Shown here: positions 18,844 through 28,378 of the stretch, in pieces
Position numbering within the stretch: position 1 is the stretch's first letter
Layout of the letters: each line of letters opens with the position of its first letter
Source of the DNA: Myxococcota bacterium
GTDB lineage: Bacteria; UBA10199; JADFYH01
DNA length: 64,000 nucleotides
Reading direction: 5' to 3'
Assembly: GCA_052034865.1 (NCBI GenBank)
Contig: JBPOIC010000009.1
Location: 2,016 to 66,015 of the forward strand
Notes under the pieces: generated by a model
The model's database searches: none
Told to the model about the DNA's origin: nothing
The model's input: only the letters and a program-made list of their open reading frames with translations
Translations under genes and position numbers: made by a program

Positions 18844-19968
18844 ATGTCTCGTAAACACAAACATGAAGAACATGCCAATCATGAACGCTGGCTGGTTTCC
18901 TATGCCGACTTCATTACCCTTCTTTTTGCCTTCTTCGTCGTTCTGTTTTCTTCTTCCCAGGTAGATCGCAGTAAAACCCAGAAAATGGCTTTGGCGATTG
19001 AATCTGCCTTCAGTACGTTTTCGATGTTCAATCAACCCGGAGGGCAGGCAAGTATCATCTCCAGTACGAAAACAATCGGTTCAAGCACGCGCACGCCCAT
19101 GACGACCGAAGATGGGAGCCCCATTTTTATGGCGCCTGAGATACTGGAACAATCGGATAAGATTATTACCGAGATGAAAGGAGATCCTTCACTCAACACA
19201 AATTCGGGTGTTCCGACCGATGCCGAGACTGCCCTGAATCGCGCGAAGAAAAAAATTATTGATGTTTTGGATAAACGCAAAGCCAGAACGGAGGTTCAGG
19301 TAGGAACCGACAAGCGTGGTCTGATCATTTCGATTCGCGAAGAAGGTCTGTTTGAATCGGGCTCAGCCCAGATGACGGTTGGCTCTCAATATCTCATGCA
19401 TGAAATCGGCTCGATGCTTCTGGATCTTCCCAATACCGTTCGTGTCGAAGGGCATACCGACAATCAGCCGATTCGAGGCAATGGATCGAACTGGGAGCTT
19501 TCGGCTTTAAGATCTGTGCATGTGGTCAAGTGGATGATCGATCACTTCGATCTGGATCCGAACCGTTTTTCAGCAGTCGGGTATGGAGAGTTTCATCCGA
19601 TTGCCAGCAACGAAAACGAAGAAGGCCGCAAGAAAAACCGTCGGGTGGAAATTGTGATCTTAAACTCGACCGAAGCCCAGCGGGAAAGTCTGGAGAAAAA
19701 ATTTCTTAATCATGAGGTCAAAGGTGGAGCTGAAGAACCTGCTTCCCTTCCTTCCTCAGAAACGAGACAGAGTCCACATCAGGAAGTTGCAGAGCCACAG
19801 ACCCAGCCCCACTCTGAAACTTCTTCGAATTCTCTCGAGTCCGGACACGAGGTCTTGGAAGCAAGACTTCCGGAAACTTTGGAAGAGCCCCCCCACTCGG
19901 AAAATATCGTTGATCCCTCCGAGCAGGAACCTGTTCCGGTTCCCCCTCCGCCACCGAGCATTCAATAA
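18844..19968 (+). CDS. motB: Flagellar stator protein MotB with a long low-complexity C-terminal tail
   Basis: N-terminal TM/plug (WLVSYADFITLLFAFFVVLF). OmpA-like PG-binding domain (VRVEGHTDNQP...NWELSALRSVHVVKWM...NRRVEIVIL). About 90 aa E/P/S-rich tail ending PVPVPPPPPSIQ. Confidence 0.85.
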   Translation: MSRKHKHEEHANHERWLVSYADFITLLFAFFVVLFSSSQVDRSKTQKMALAIESAFSTFSMFNQPGGQASIISSTKTIGSSTRTPMTTEDGSPIFMAPEILEQSDKIITEMKGDPSLNTNSGVPTDAETALNRAKKKIIDVLDKRKARTEVQVGTDKRGLIISIREEGLFESGSAQMTVGSQYLMHEIGSMLLDLPNTVRVEGHTDNQPIRGNGSNWELSALRSVHVVKWMIDHFDLDPNRFSAVGYGEFHPIASNENEEGRKKNRRVEIVILNSTEAQRESLEKKFLNHEVKGGAEEPASLPSSETRQSPHQEVAEPQTQPHSETSSNSLESGHEVLEARLPETLEEPPHSENIVDPSEQEPVPVPPPPPSIQ

Positions 19969-20001
19969 CACCAAAGACAGTTAATAAAGAGGGGAGTCAT
20001 T

Positions 20002-20730
20002 TTAAACAATCGTTTTGGTATGGCGTCCCAGAATAAAGGCCTCTGCAGCGGCGACTCCAACGGAAGCGCCCCGCCAGTTGGCCAGCATCTGAACTGCCTT
20101 GAGGGATCGGGGATGAGGCCAGGGCTTCATTTCGCTGGAATAAGCTCTCAAGGCTTTGAGCTTTAATGGAAGGGTTTTGGTGATGTCGTGAAACCACTGG
20201 GGCGTAAAAGCAGGTGCACTCTGGGCGGTTTGAGATTCCGTGCTGGAAGGAATTTCAAAAAACAAAAGGGTTTCCCAGGAAGAATTTGGCAAAGGGCGTG
20301 CTGCTGTAACGACCGCCTCGTGGGTTTTTCGGTGATCAATATTTAAATCGCCCGAATGATGGGTATAGAGAACATGCGGTTTGATTCGGTCCAGAGTCGA
20401 TTCAACAATTTTAATGATATCGAGCAGTGATACCGAATCCATCCGATTATCAGGAAGGGATTCGACTTTCAGGGAACGGACTCCCAAAATCTGATTGGCA
20501 CGGGTAGCCGCCTTAAGCAGGGCTCCCAGCTCTTTTTTTCTTGAATTCGGATTGCGTGTACGATCCCGACTGGTAATCCCTTCAGCAAGGATTAAGACAT
20601 GGACTTCATCTCCGTTCAAGGCATGATGAGCAATACTTCCTCCACAACCCAAGACTTCGTCGTCTGGATGCGCAGCCACCACCAAAACCCGCTTTGAAGA
20701 TTTCCTTTTTTTCGATAGGCTTGCTTTCAT
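20002..20730 (-). CDS. PIG-L/LmbE-family N-acetylsugar deacetylase
   Basis: Zinc-binding signature VLVVAAHPDDEVLGCGG and HxxH-type region of the LmbE family. Confidence 0.7.
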   Translation of the reverse strand: MKASLSKKRKSSKRVLVVAAHPDDEVLGCGGSIAHHALNGDEVHVLILAEGITSRDRTRNPNSRKKELGALLKAATRANQILGVRSLKVESLPDNRMDSVSLLDIIKIVESTLDRIKPHVLYTHHSGDLNIDHRKTHEAVVTAARPLPNSSWETLLFFEIPSSTESQTAQSAPAFTPQWFHDITKTLPLKLKALRAYSSEMKPWPHPRSLKAVQMLANWRGASVGVAAAEAFILGRHTKTIV

Positions 20731-20763
20731 AATTTCATCCTTATCATTGAAAAGGAGCGCCCG

Positions 20764-21495
20764 ATGAAAACCGTTCTGATCAACCAGGCCCGCATGACTT
20801 CCACCCGGCTCCCCGGGAAGGTATTGAAAGAAGTTCTGGGAAAACCGCTTCTGGAATATCAGATCGAGCGCATTCGCCGAATTCGGGAAATAGATGATTT
20901 CGTGATTGCAACAACCACCTTGCCCAGCGATGACCCGATTGTATCCCTCTGTAAAAAACTGAAGGTAAAATATTTCCGCGGATCGGAAACCGATGTTTTA
21001 AGCCGCTATGCTCAGGTTGCAGAGCGTGAACAGGCGGATTCGGTGGTTCGTGTAACTTCGGATTGTCCTTTGCTGGATCCGGAAATTGTGGATGACGTTC
21101 TCCGGTTTTTCAAAATTCATTTTCCAAAATATGCCTACGTTTCGAATGTTGATCCCAGAACCTTTCCTCGGGGGATGGACACCGAAGTCTTTACCGCTCA
21201 GGCACTTCAGGAATCTTTTCGCGAAGCAATCGATCCTTATGAAAAAGAACATGTGACTCTTTTTATTCATAGGCATCCCGAGCGTTACCTGCGCGCAGGT
21301 GTCACCGATACACAGAATCACAGTCAGCATCGCTGGACCGTCGATACGCCGGAAGATTTTCAGCTCATTGAAAAAATACTCGAAGCCCTCTATCCCAAAA
21401 ATCCTTTCTTTACTCTCAAAGATCTGCTCGCTTTATTGCAAGAGCATCCGGAATGGCAGCAGATCAACGCCCATGTGGAGCAAAAGAAATATTGA
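20764..21495 (+). CDS. pseF: Nonulosonic acid cytidylyltransferase (CMP-pseudaminic acid synthetase PseF-like, CTP_transf_3 family)
   Basis: N-terminal MKTVLINQARMTSTRLPGKVLKEVLGKPLL typical of acylneuraminate cytidylyltransferases. Adjacent to the pse genes. Confidence 0.65.
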   Translation: MKTVLINQARMTSTRLPGKVLKEVLGKPLLEYQIERIRRIREIDDFVIATTTLPSDDPIVSLCKKLKVKYFRGSETDVLSRYAQVAEREQADSVVRVTSDCPLLDPEIVDDVLRFFKIHFPKYAYVSNVDPRTFPRGMDTEVFTAQALQESFREAIDPYEKEHVTLFIHRHPERYLRAGVTDTQNHSQHRWTVDTPEDFQLIEKILEALYPKNPFFTLKDLLALLQEHPEWQQINAHVEQKKY

Positions 21496-22531
21496 ATTCT
21501 TCATGGATGAACTCTGCGAGTCGCTGACTTCCCAACCCATCGATGAGCTTTGGTCCGTTTTCTGACATCTGTCTGAGATTCGCAGAATCGGCAATCAACT
21601 CTTTCATCTTCTCGATGATTTCAGCATCTTCGATCTGATCATACATTCCTAAAAAAATACCGCAGTTTTTCTTTTGGATTTCCTCTGCCGTTCCGCGCTG
21701 GTTGGTGTGTGTTGCCAGGATCACCAGAGGTCTTCCCAGATAGAGGATCTCCTGTGCCGTCAGGCCTCCCGCTGTGATGACGATTTGGGATTTTTTGAGC
21801 AGAATGGGTAAGTCGTCAGGGTAGAGCAAAAGCTGAATGCGTGGATTTTCATCGGCCAGACGCTGAAGCTTGCCGATCGACTTGCACAGAGGTCCGGCAA
21901 TGAGCTGGATCTTTTTCAGAGAATCCAGTGCGAGAAGGAGACGCCCAACCCTTAAAGTCTGTTCTTCAGGGTCGGAGCCTCCAAAAGTCGCAGTAACTTC
22001 ATCTGCCGCCGAGGAAAAATCCGGAGAGTTTTTTATCTCGCTGGTGCTTTTTATAAAATCGTGACGCAGGGGAAAAAAGGCTGGGCCAATTTTTGAGTAA
22101 GGACGGCTGGGTCTTGGATAAATGGTTTTGGTGGCAGCGATGCTGCCATTGATGTAGCCGGTAACGGGGTAGCTGACCTTTTCTCCATCATCATCGAAAG
22201 CAAGGATGGGAATTCGTGATTGCTTGCGAATGTGTGCGTAGTAATCGCGTGAAAGACGATAAGAATCGGTGATCAAAACCGAGCCTTTTCTTTTTTTAAT
22301 CAACTGGAAAATTTCTTCTGCTTCCTCACTGCCACCATCCTGGGAAACCAGATGCTGAACAAAAAAAGGTTTTGGGGCGAGGAGATTTTCGACGCTATCG
22401 GCAGATAAGATGAATGTAATCTGAATATTTGGGGTCGATTCCCAGAGGGCTCGGGCAAAAGTATAGCAGCGTGATAAATGCCCGAATCCTACTTCTGCAT
22501 TGGCCTCTGTATGAAAAAAGATTTCCCCCAT
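21464..22531 (-). CDS. pseG: UDP-2,4-diacetamido-2,4,6-trideoxy-beta-L-altropyranose hydrolase PseG-like (GT28-C fold)
   Basis: N-terminal GFGHLSRCYTFARAL motif characteristic of PseG. C-terminal glycosyltransferase-28-like region. Last gene of the minus-strand pse operon. Confidence 0.6.
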   Translation of the reverse strand: MGEIFFHTEANAEVGFGHLSRCYTFARALWESTPNIQITFILSADSVENLLAPKPFFVQHLVSQDGGSEEAEEIFQLIKKRKGSVLITDSYRLSRDYYAHIRKQSRIPILAFDDDGEKVSYPVTGYINGSIAATKTIYPRPSRPYSKIGPAFFPLRHDFIKSTSEIKNSPDFSSAADEVTATFGGSDPEEQTLRVGRLLLALDSLKKIQLIAGPLCKSIGKLQRLADENPRIQLLLYPDDLPILLKKSQIVITAGGLTAQEILYLGRPLVILATHTNQRGTAEEIQKKNCGIFLGMYDQIEDAEIIEKMKELIADSANLRQMSENGPKLIDGLGSQRLAEFIHEEFNISFAPHGR

Positions 22532-22534
22532 AGA

Positions 22535-23230
22535 TTAATCCTTACGGCATAAAAAGTTCCAGGTCGCTAAACGAAAATTCTCGTGAGGAATAAGAGTCTC
22601 GATGATTTTGTGTTCCAGACGTTCAAAGACAAAAGAAGAAAACAGGTCCTGAAGATGAGGCTGATCTGAAAAGTGGACAGCCCCCACACTCGAAAAGGGG
22701 CCCGATGTAAAATCTTTTCGGGTATTGGAATCAAGATGGGTCTGTGCTTTTTCGAATTCTGAATGATGGGTCGAAAACCAGTCAATTCCAAGATATTTTC
22801 CACCCGGATTGAGATGTGCGTGGCAGTTTGCCAGGGTTTTACGAATTGCTGCGGTCGTGTTGTGAGTGAGAGAGGAACGATCGACAATCAGGTCAAAGGT
22901 AAAATCGAAAGGAATTCCTTCGGTAAAATCGCCCGCGACAAGCTGATTTTTAAGATCCGGAAAGCGGTCTTTCAGTTTTTCAACGATGTGAGGACTTCCT
23001 TCGATGGCGTAGTATCGAACCCCAAGATTTTTAAAAAAAGAAATATTCGCCCCTGCCCCGCAACCCAGCTCCAAAACAGTGGTCTCTGCACTCAAAGGTC
23101 TGGCAAAGCGCATCACAAAGCTCACCACCTCCGACCATGGATAAATGCTCATCTGTTGCGAGGCCTGATAAATCTGATCCCATTCTTTGGAAAAACCCAT
23201 GGAAGTCTCCTTCAGGAATTTTAAATCCAT
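22535..23230 (-). CDS. Class I SAM-dependent methyltransferase
   Basis: Motif I VLELGCGAGANISFF and downstream acidic loop. 231 aa. Confidence 0.6.
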   Translation of the reverse strand: MDLKFLKETSMGFSKEWDQIYQASQQMSIYPWSEVVSFVMRFARPLSAETTVLELGCGAGANISFFKNLGVRYYAIEGSPHIVEKLKDRFPDLKNQLVAGDFTEGIPFDFTFDLIVDRSSLTHNTTAAIRKTLANCHAHLNPGGKYLGIDWFSTHHSEFEKAQTHLDSNTRKDFTSGPFSSVGAVHFSDQPHLQDLFSSFVFERLEHKIIETLIPHENFRLATWNFLCRKD

Positions 23231-23233
23231 TGT

Positions 23234-23917
23234 TTACAACTGAATGAACGAGATATTGGGCTCGAATTCAAAACATTCGATGCGGTGCTGATTCAGACTC
23301 AGCTTTTCAAGCAGGGCCTGCGTTTCGCCCGGCCAGTCCGGATTGTTGATTTCATCGAAGGCCAAAATAGCGCCTTTGGGCATAAGAGGCAGAAAATATT
23401 TGAGAGCGGTTTGGGTAGGTTCGTAGATATCAAAATCCAGATAAAGAAGGGATACCAGAAGGTGTTTGTTTTTTTCTACATAAGCAGGGATTGTTTGATT
23501 GGCATCTCCTTTGACCAGTTCGATTTTGGGGATGTGATTGATGAAACGATTGGTATCGAATTCGGCAATTACGGCCTGCATTTCATCATAGACCGGATAG
23601 CTTTCCCCAAACATGCCTTCTTTGACCTCCGGATTCCTTCGGTCAATCGCCTGCACACTGGGAAATCCTTCAAAGGTATCAAAACCAATAATCTTTCGAT
23701 GATAATTATAGGGTTCCAGAGTTGCGGATATCTTGGCCCAGCTCATCACTCCCCCTCCCTGATGAACTCCGCATTCGACGATGCTTCCCTTGATGGGTAG
23801 CTGGCGCCTGAAAATTTCATAGTAGGCCATGAAACGGGCCAGCGTCTGCCGTCGGACATACTTGGAAAAGTTGGCAAGCTTCTTATCAGTGGGACAGGTG
23901 GATTGATCAAAAATCAT
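23234..23917 (-). CDS. TylF/MycF-family (macrocin-type) SAM-dependent O-methyltransferase
   Basis: GSIVECGVHQGGGVMSW motif typical of the TylF/Methyltransf_24 sugar O-methyltransferases. Confidence 0.55.
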   Translation of the reverse strand: MIFDQSTCPTDKKLANFSKYVRRQTLARFMAYYEIFRRQLPIKGSIVECGVHQGGGVMSWAKISATLEPYNYHRKIIGFDTFEGFPSVQAIDRRNPEVKEGMFGESYPVYDEMQAVIAEFDTNRFINHIPKIELVKGDANQTIPAYVEKNKHLLVSLLYLDFDIYEPTQTALKYFLPLMPKGAILAFDEINNPDWPGETQALLEKLSLNQHRIECFEFEPNISFIQL

Positions 23918-24651
23918 ATTGTCTCCTGTTTTAGCCAGGCTGCTGGCGCTTTTTTCAGATAACGAATATTTCCCTCAAAAAGAATTTCTGAACTGCGAGA
24001 ACCAGCATTGAACAAAAGATCCAGTGCGCTCATGTAAGGAAGAAATTCACCATGGAGCTGAGAATAGGTTGGATGATGATAGTCCTGAAAATAAACCTCG
24101 ATGTTCTTTTCATGAAACGAAGCGACATCGGCATAATCTTTTCCTTGTGCTCCAAAGATGTAATGTGTCGCTTTGAGTTGCACACACATATCCAAAACCA
24201 GATCTGATTTTTTCCCCTGAAAATTAAAATCTGAGGCCTTGACGATGGGGCGCTCCAGACCGAAGCATTTTAAAAAGTAACTCAATATTTCCAGATTAAG
24301 ATCCGAAAGAAAGATCAGATCCGTTCGGCGCAAAATCTGATCAAGAGCTGGAAAATATTGATGAAAAAAGGGCGCTTTCTGATAGGCAAGCTGGATGGAT
24401 TTTAAGTGCTTGCGCCGCCAGTCTCCAGAAATGATTTTCACCTCTGAAATGATTTTTTCAAAGTGATTTTTTGATTCGACAGGAACGGTCAGCCAGATTT
24501 CTCCAGTATTGGTTTTGATCTTGTTGCGGTTGTTAAAATCTTTCGTTTGATATTGCACGATATCAAACCAGCAGAATTGATCGGCCAGGGCGATTTTATG
24601 AATCAGTCCCAGCCACGGCAAATAAACCGGTTGATGTGCGGTAAGGATCAT
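23914..24651 (-). CDS. WbqC-like family protein (uncharacterised sugar-modification protein)
   Basis: N-terminal MILTAHQPVYLPWLGLIHKIALADQF resembles the WbqC family start (ISQPTFLPWLGYF). Translationally coupled to neighbours (4-nt overlaps). Confidence 0.45.
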   Translation of the reverse strand: MILTAHQPVYLPWLGLIHKIALADQFCWFDIVQYQTKDFNNRNKIKTNTGEIWLTVPVESKNHFEKIISEVKIISGDWRRKHLKSIQLAYQKAPFFHQYFPALDQILRRTDLIFLSDLNLEILSYFLKCFGLERPIVKASDFNFQGKKSDLVLDMCVQLKATHYIFGAQGKDYADVASFHEKNIEVYFQDYHHPTYSQLHGEFLPYMSALDLLFNAGSRSSEILFEGNIRYLKKAPAAWLKQETI

Positions 24652-25658
24652 AATTGATTCAGGGCTTTAATGATGGTTTCCACCTCACGGGGGGTGAGTG
24701 AAGGGTAAATCGGTACCGAGACCGTGGATCTTGAAAAATGCAGAGCCCTGGGAAAAGGCTTTGCCAGAAGCTCCCAATCTTCGATTGGAACAATGGCCTG
24801 AATTTTTTTTTGTTTGAGTCTCTGCAGAACCTTTTCGGGCCGGGATGTCCGGAAAACAGCCCGATATCGAACTGGAGATATTTCGATTTTCTCTTCACGT
24901 ACCCACGCAAGGTCTGTTTTCAGGTACGCTTTAAAAATCTGTTCACGTTTTTTTAAAAAACGGGGGAGTTGTTTGAGCTGGGTGCGACCGACTGCCGCCT
25001 GCAAATCTGTCATCTGAAAATTGAAACGGGGTCTGTCTTTTCGTTGCATATCAAAAAGCCGGTAGTCGCGTATCCATTCAATAGGAGCTTTGTGACGCGA
25101 AACCACTGCCCCTCCCTGTCCTCCGCTCGTCATCAATTTCGTCGCATAAAATGAAAAAACTCCCAGATCTCCCTGAAGCCCCGCATGTACTCCGTTTACC
25201 TTTGCCCCGAGGGCCTGAGCGCAGTCCTCTATCACGGAAATTCCATTCAGTTCGGACAACTCCGTTGGAATTCCAAAAAGGTGAGGCACAATTGCAATCT
25301 CAGGAGATTTCTTTTCAAGCATTGCCAGATCAAGATTGGGTTGTGATTCAGCAATGTCCAGGAACACTTCTTTTCCTTGAGCCATGCGCACGGCATGGCG
25401 AAGCGCAGAACAGGCATAAACGGGCATTCCAATTTTTTTATGCGAAGCATTTAAGGCTAAAAGTGACAGATAAAGCGCTGCAGTTCCGCTTGAAACTGCA
25501 ACGGCATGTCCTCTTGGAATTTTCAAAAAATCGCACAAGTCATTCTCAAAGCCCTCCACTTCATTTCCCTGGGCCAGCCATCCCGAGCGCAGAACCCGAC
25601 AGGCGGCCCTTTCTTCGTAAATTCCAATTGTAAGACGGTTATGAGGAATCAGATTCAA
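24648..25658 (-). CDS. DegT/DnrJ/EryC1/StrS-family PLP-dependent sugar aminotransferase (second copy, short form)
   Basis: AVSSGTAALYLSLLAL and the Lys-containing FSFYATKLMTSGGQGG motif. 336 aa. Confidence 0.65.
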   Translation of the reverse strand: MNLIPHNRLTIGIYEERAACRVLRSGWLAQGNEVEGFENDLCDFLKIPRGHAVAVSSGTAALYLSLLALNASHKKIGMPVYACSALRHAVRMAQGKEVFLDIAESQPNLDLAMLEKKSPEIAIVPHLFGIPTELSELNGISVIEDCAQALGAKVNGVHAGLQGDLGVFSFYATKLMTSGGQGGAVVSRHKAPIEWIRDYRLFDMQRKDRPRFNFQMTDLQAAVGRTQLKQLPRFLKKREQIFKAYLKTDLAWVREEKIEISPVRYRAVFRTSRPEKVLQRLKQKKIQAIVPIEDWELLAKPFPRALHFSRSTVSVPIYPSLTPREVETIIKALNQL

Positions 25659-26125
25659 ATTTTCCCCTTGGATTTTTTTTTGCTTAATATTTGCTTTCGG
25701 TAATAGCCCGGTTTGAGCTGCATGGGATTTCCGATGACGAGAGAGTAAGGAGGAATGCGCACACCTTCGACAACGGTTCCTGCAGCCACGACACTGTGAT
25801 GACCGATGTGTGCCCCGCCTTTAATGACCGAATGGGATCCGACAAAAACAGATTTTCCCAGCACGATCGACTTGCGATCAATTTTATTCTGAAGTCCCAC
25901 ACATTTTTTGTGAGAGTCGGCACAGTTGATCGAGACGAATGAAGCGATATCGCACCCTTCTCCAATGACCACTTTGGACAGGTGTGCATTCACCTCTGAC
26001 ATTCCCCCAATATAAACATTTTTGCCGATGCGGGGTTTTCCATGGATCCAAACCAAAGGATGAAAACGGTTGGATGGAAAATCCAGATGCTTTTCAAATA
26101 GCTTCCTAAATTGCCTGGATGTCAT
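25655..26125 (-). CDS. Left-handed beta-helix (hexapeptide-repeat) sugar N-acetyltransferase (PglD/NeuD-like)
   Basis: Tandem hexapeptide repeats (IGKNVYIGGMSEVNAHLSKVVIGEGCDIASFVSI...VFVGSHSVIKGGAHIGHHSVVAAGTVV). Start chosen at the ATG overlapping the pseI stop (ATGA). Confidence 0.65.
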   Translation of the reverse strand: MTSRQFRKLFEKHLDFPSNRFHPLVWIHGKPRIGKNVYIGGMSEVNAHLSKVVIGEGCDIASFVSINCADSHKKCVGLQNKIDRKSIVLGKSVFVGSHSVIKGGAHIGHHSVVAAGTVVEGVRIPPYSLVIGNPMQLKPGYYRKQILSKKKSKGKI

Positions 26126-27174
26126 CCGAAATCTCCCCATGTCAGTGTCTGTCCTTTTGCGATGGGCTTTTGGGCCTGAAGACCGAGAATTTTTTCAAGC
26201 AGAGACGGAGGCAGCCCGCTTCCCGGGCGTCTTAAGGCCAGGTTTTCTTCTGAAAGCGCTTCTCCTGGCGGGATGTTTTTTAAGGCAACGATACTGCGTC
26301 GGGCCAGAATACGCATTTTTTCTTCTTCAGCGGTGGGTCGAATCTGCGCACATCCTAACATGCGAAAGGCCGTGCGAATGGAGTGTACCCAGTTTTTCAA
26401 TCCCTGTGGATCTTCAGAAAAGGCATGATCCGGACCTCGCAGGTCATGGCTTAGGGTAAAATGTTTTTCAAAAAAACATCCTCCCAAACTCACAGCGAGA
26501 GAAGAGGCCAATGGCCCTTCGGTATGATCAGAAAATCCGATGGGGATTTGAGGATAGGTCTGCTGGAGGGTTTTGATCTTAAGCAGATTCACATCCTGAA
26601 TGGGTGTTGGATATTGAGACGTACAGGCAAGAAGCAAAGTTGGATATCCTCGAAAAGTGCCAATCGCCTCGAGGGCCTGGTCGATTTCCGCAAGGGTTGC
26701 CATCCCGGAAGAAATAATCAGGGGAAGAGAGGTTTTTGCATAGTGTTTGAGCAGGGGAGTGTGGATCAAATCATCGGATCCAATCTTGATCGCACTGACG
26801 CCGACTTCGAGAAGGATTTTTAAATCACTGGGATTTTGGGGCGTGGAAAGGAAGACCAGTTTTTTTTCTTCGCAGCGTTTTTTAAGTTGAGGCCAGGCGG
26901 ATAAGGGCAATTCGCATCGCTTGAACATCGCATGCATGGATTCAGTGATTTCTTTTCCCTGGGAATGATAAGTCCACTTCAGATTTTGATCGGAAAGAAT
27001 TTCATCGGCCTGAAATGTCTGAAACTTTACGGCATCGACACCCGCATCATGAGCAATCTCGATCATCTCCAGGGCCTTTTCAATCTCTCCATTGTGATTG
27101 ATTCCGACCTCCGCGACGATAAAGGGAGGAAGCCCGTGCCCAATCTGCCGATCCTCAATTTTAACCCAACTCAT
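26122..27174 (-). CDS. pseI: N-acetylneuraminate-synthase-family enzyme (pseudaminic acid synthase PseI/NeuB-like)
   Basis: IGHGLPPFIVAEVGINHNGEIEKALEMIEIAHDAGVDAVKFQTF NeuB motif plus a C-terminal SAF domain. Start at the internal ATG (MSWVKIEDRQIG). Confidence 0.8.
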   Translation of the reverse strand: MSWVKIEDRQIGHGLPPFIVAEVGINHNGEIEKALEMIEIAHDAGVDAVKFQTFQADEILSDQNLKWTYHSQGKEITESMHAMFKRCELPLSAWPQLKKRCEEKKLVFLSTPQNPSDLKILLEVGVSAIKIGSDDLIHTPLLKHYAKTSLPLIISSGMATLAEIDQALEAIGTFRGYPTLLLACTSQYPTPIQDVNLLKIKTLQQTYPQIPIGFSDHTEGPLASSLAVSLGGCFFEKHFTLSHDLRGPDHAFSEDPQGLKNWVHSIRTAFRMLGCAQIRPTAEEEKMRILARRSIVALKNIPPGEALSEENLALRRPGSGLPPSLLEKILGLQAQKPIAKGQTLTWGDFG

Positions 27175-28378
27175 AAAGACCGATCCTTTCTTTTCTCGCA
27201 GAGAGGTTGACCGCAACATCTTCGTAGGGAGCCAGTAAGTCCCGCAGAAGTTCAAGGAAACGATCTTGATCTTTTTGATTTAAACCTGGGTAGAGGGGAA
27301 TGGAGAGGGCTGTCCGAAAATAATTTTCTGCCTGAGGAAAATGCTGGGGCGAAACCGAGAAGTGCTGCTGGTAGTAGGGATGTCGATAAATCGGAATATA
27401 ATGCAATTGGCAGAAAAATCCTGCCGCCCTCAATTTTTGAAAAATCAAATCGCGCGGCACCTGCTCTTCAAATTTGAGAATGCAAAGATGATGGGAAGAC
27501 AGGTGAGGTTCTGAAGGAAGCAACAGTTTTACCAGAGACTGATTTTTAAGCTGTTCCTGATAATATAGAAACTGCTCGCGTCTTGCGGCGATAAACTGAT
27601 CGAGTTTTTTAATCTGTGAAAGTCCGAGCGCTGACTGAACTTCGGTCAGTCGGTAATTCCAGCCCAGATCTTCCATTTCGTAATACCAGCCTGGACGGCC
27701 TTCTTCGGGCTGGGGATGATAAACTCCATGATTTCTGAAGGATTTTAATTTTCGGTAATAGCCTTCGTCGTTGGTGGTTACCATTCCTCCTTCGAGCGTG
27801 GTGATGGATTTGACAGGATGAAAACTGAAAACCGTCATATCACTATATTCGCAGGAGCCGATTTTGGTTTCCTGTCCCGTCTTTGGATCTTTGATGCCTG
27901 CTCCGAGGGCATGGCAGCCATCTTCGATAATTTTCAGATGATAGCGTTGCGCAAGCTCGGCCAGTTTGGGCATGTTGACGGGTGCTCCTGCAAAATGAAC
28001 CGGCAGAATGACCCGCGTTTTTTCATTGATGCCGGATTCTAGCCTATCCACATCCAACAGCGGCAACCCTTCCTGAACATCCGAAAAACGCGGCTTGGCT
28101 CCAACGTATAGAAGACAATTGGCGGTTGCCAGAAAAGAGATCGGAGTTGTGATCCCTTCTTCATTTTTTTTAAGACCCAGGACGTGACAGGCCCCATGGA
28201 GAGCCGCAGTTCCATTTGAAAAAGCGATCGCAAACCGCGCTCCACAATAGTTCGCCACCTGTCGCTCAAATTCTGCAAGCAAAGGTCCCTGGGTGAGCAG
28301 ACGGCCTCTTAAGGCTTCGGTAACCGCTCGAATATCATCATCTTCAATGAGTTGCCGACTGTAGGGGATATCCTGCAT
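27161..28378 (-). CDS. pseC: UDP-4-amino-4,6-dideoxy-N-acetyl-beta-L-altrosamine transaminase PseC (DegT family)
   Basis: N-terminal MQDIPYSRQLIEDDDIRAVTEALRGRLLTQGP matches the PseC start. PLP-Lys region FSFHPVKSITTLEGG. I rejected the longer track ORF in favour of this internal start. Confidence 0.8.
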   Translation of the reverse strand: MQDIPYSRQLIEDDDIRAVTEALRGRLLTQGPLLAEFERQVANYCGARFAIAFSNGTAALHGACHVLGLKKNEEGITTPISFLATANCLLYVGAKPRFSDVQEGLPLLDVDRLESGINEKTRVILPVHFAGAPVNMPKLAELAQRYHLKIIEDGCHALGAGIKDPKTGQETKIGSCEYSDMTVFSFHPVKSITTLEGGMVTTNDEGYYRKLKSFRNHGVYHPQPEEGRPGWYYEMEDLGWNYRLTEVQSALGLSQIKKLDQFIAARREQFLYYQEQLKNQSLVKLLLPSEPHLSSHHLCILKFEEQVPRDLIFQKLRAAGFFCQLHYIPIYRHPYYQQHFSVSPQHFPQAENYFRTALSIPLYPGLNQKDQDRFLELLRDLLAPYEDVAVNLSARKERIGLYELG

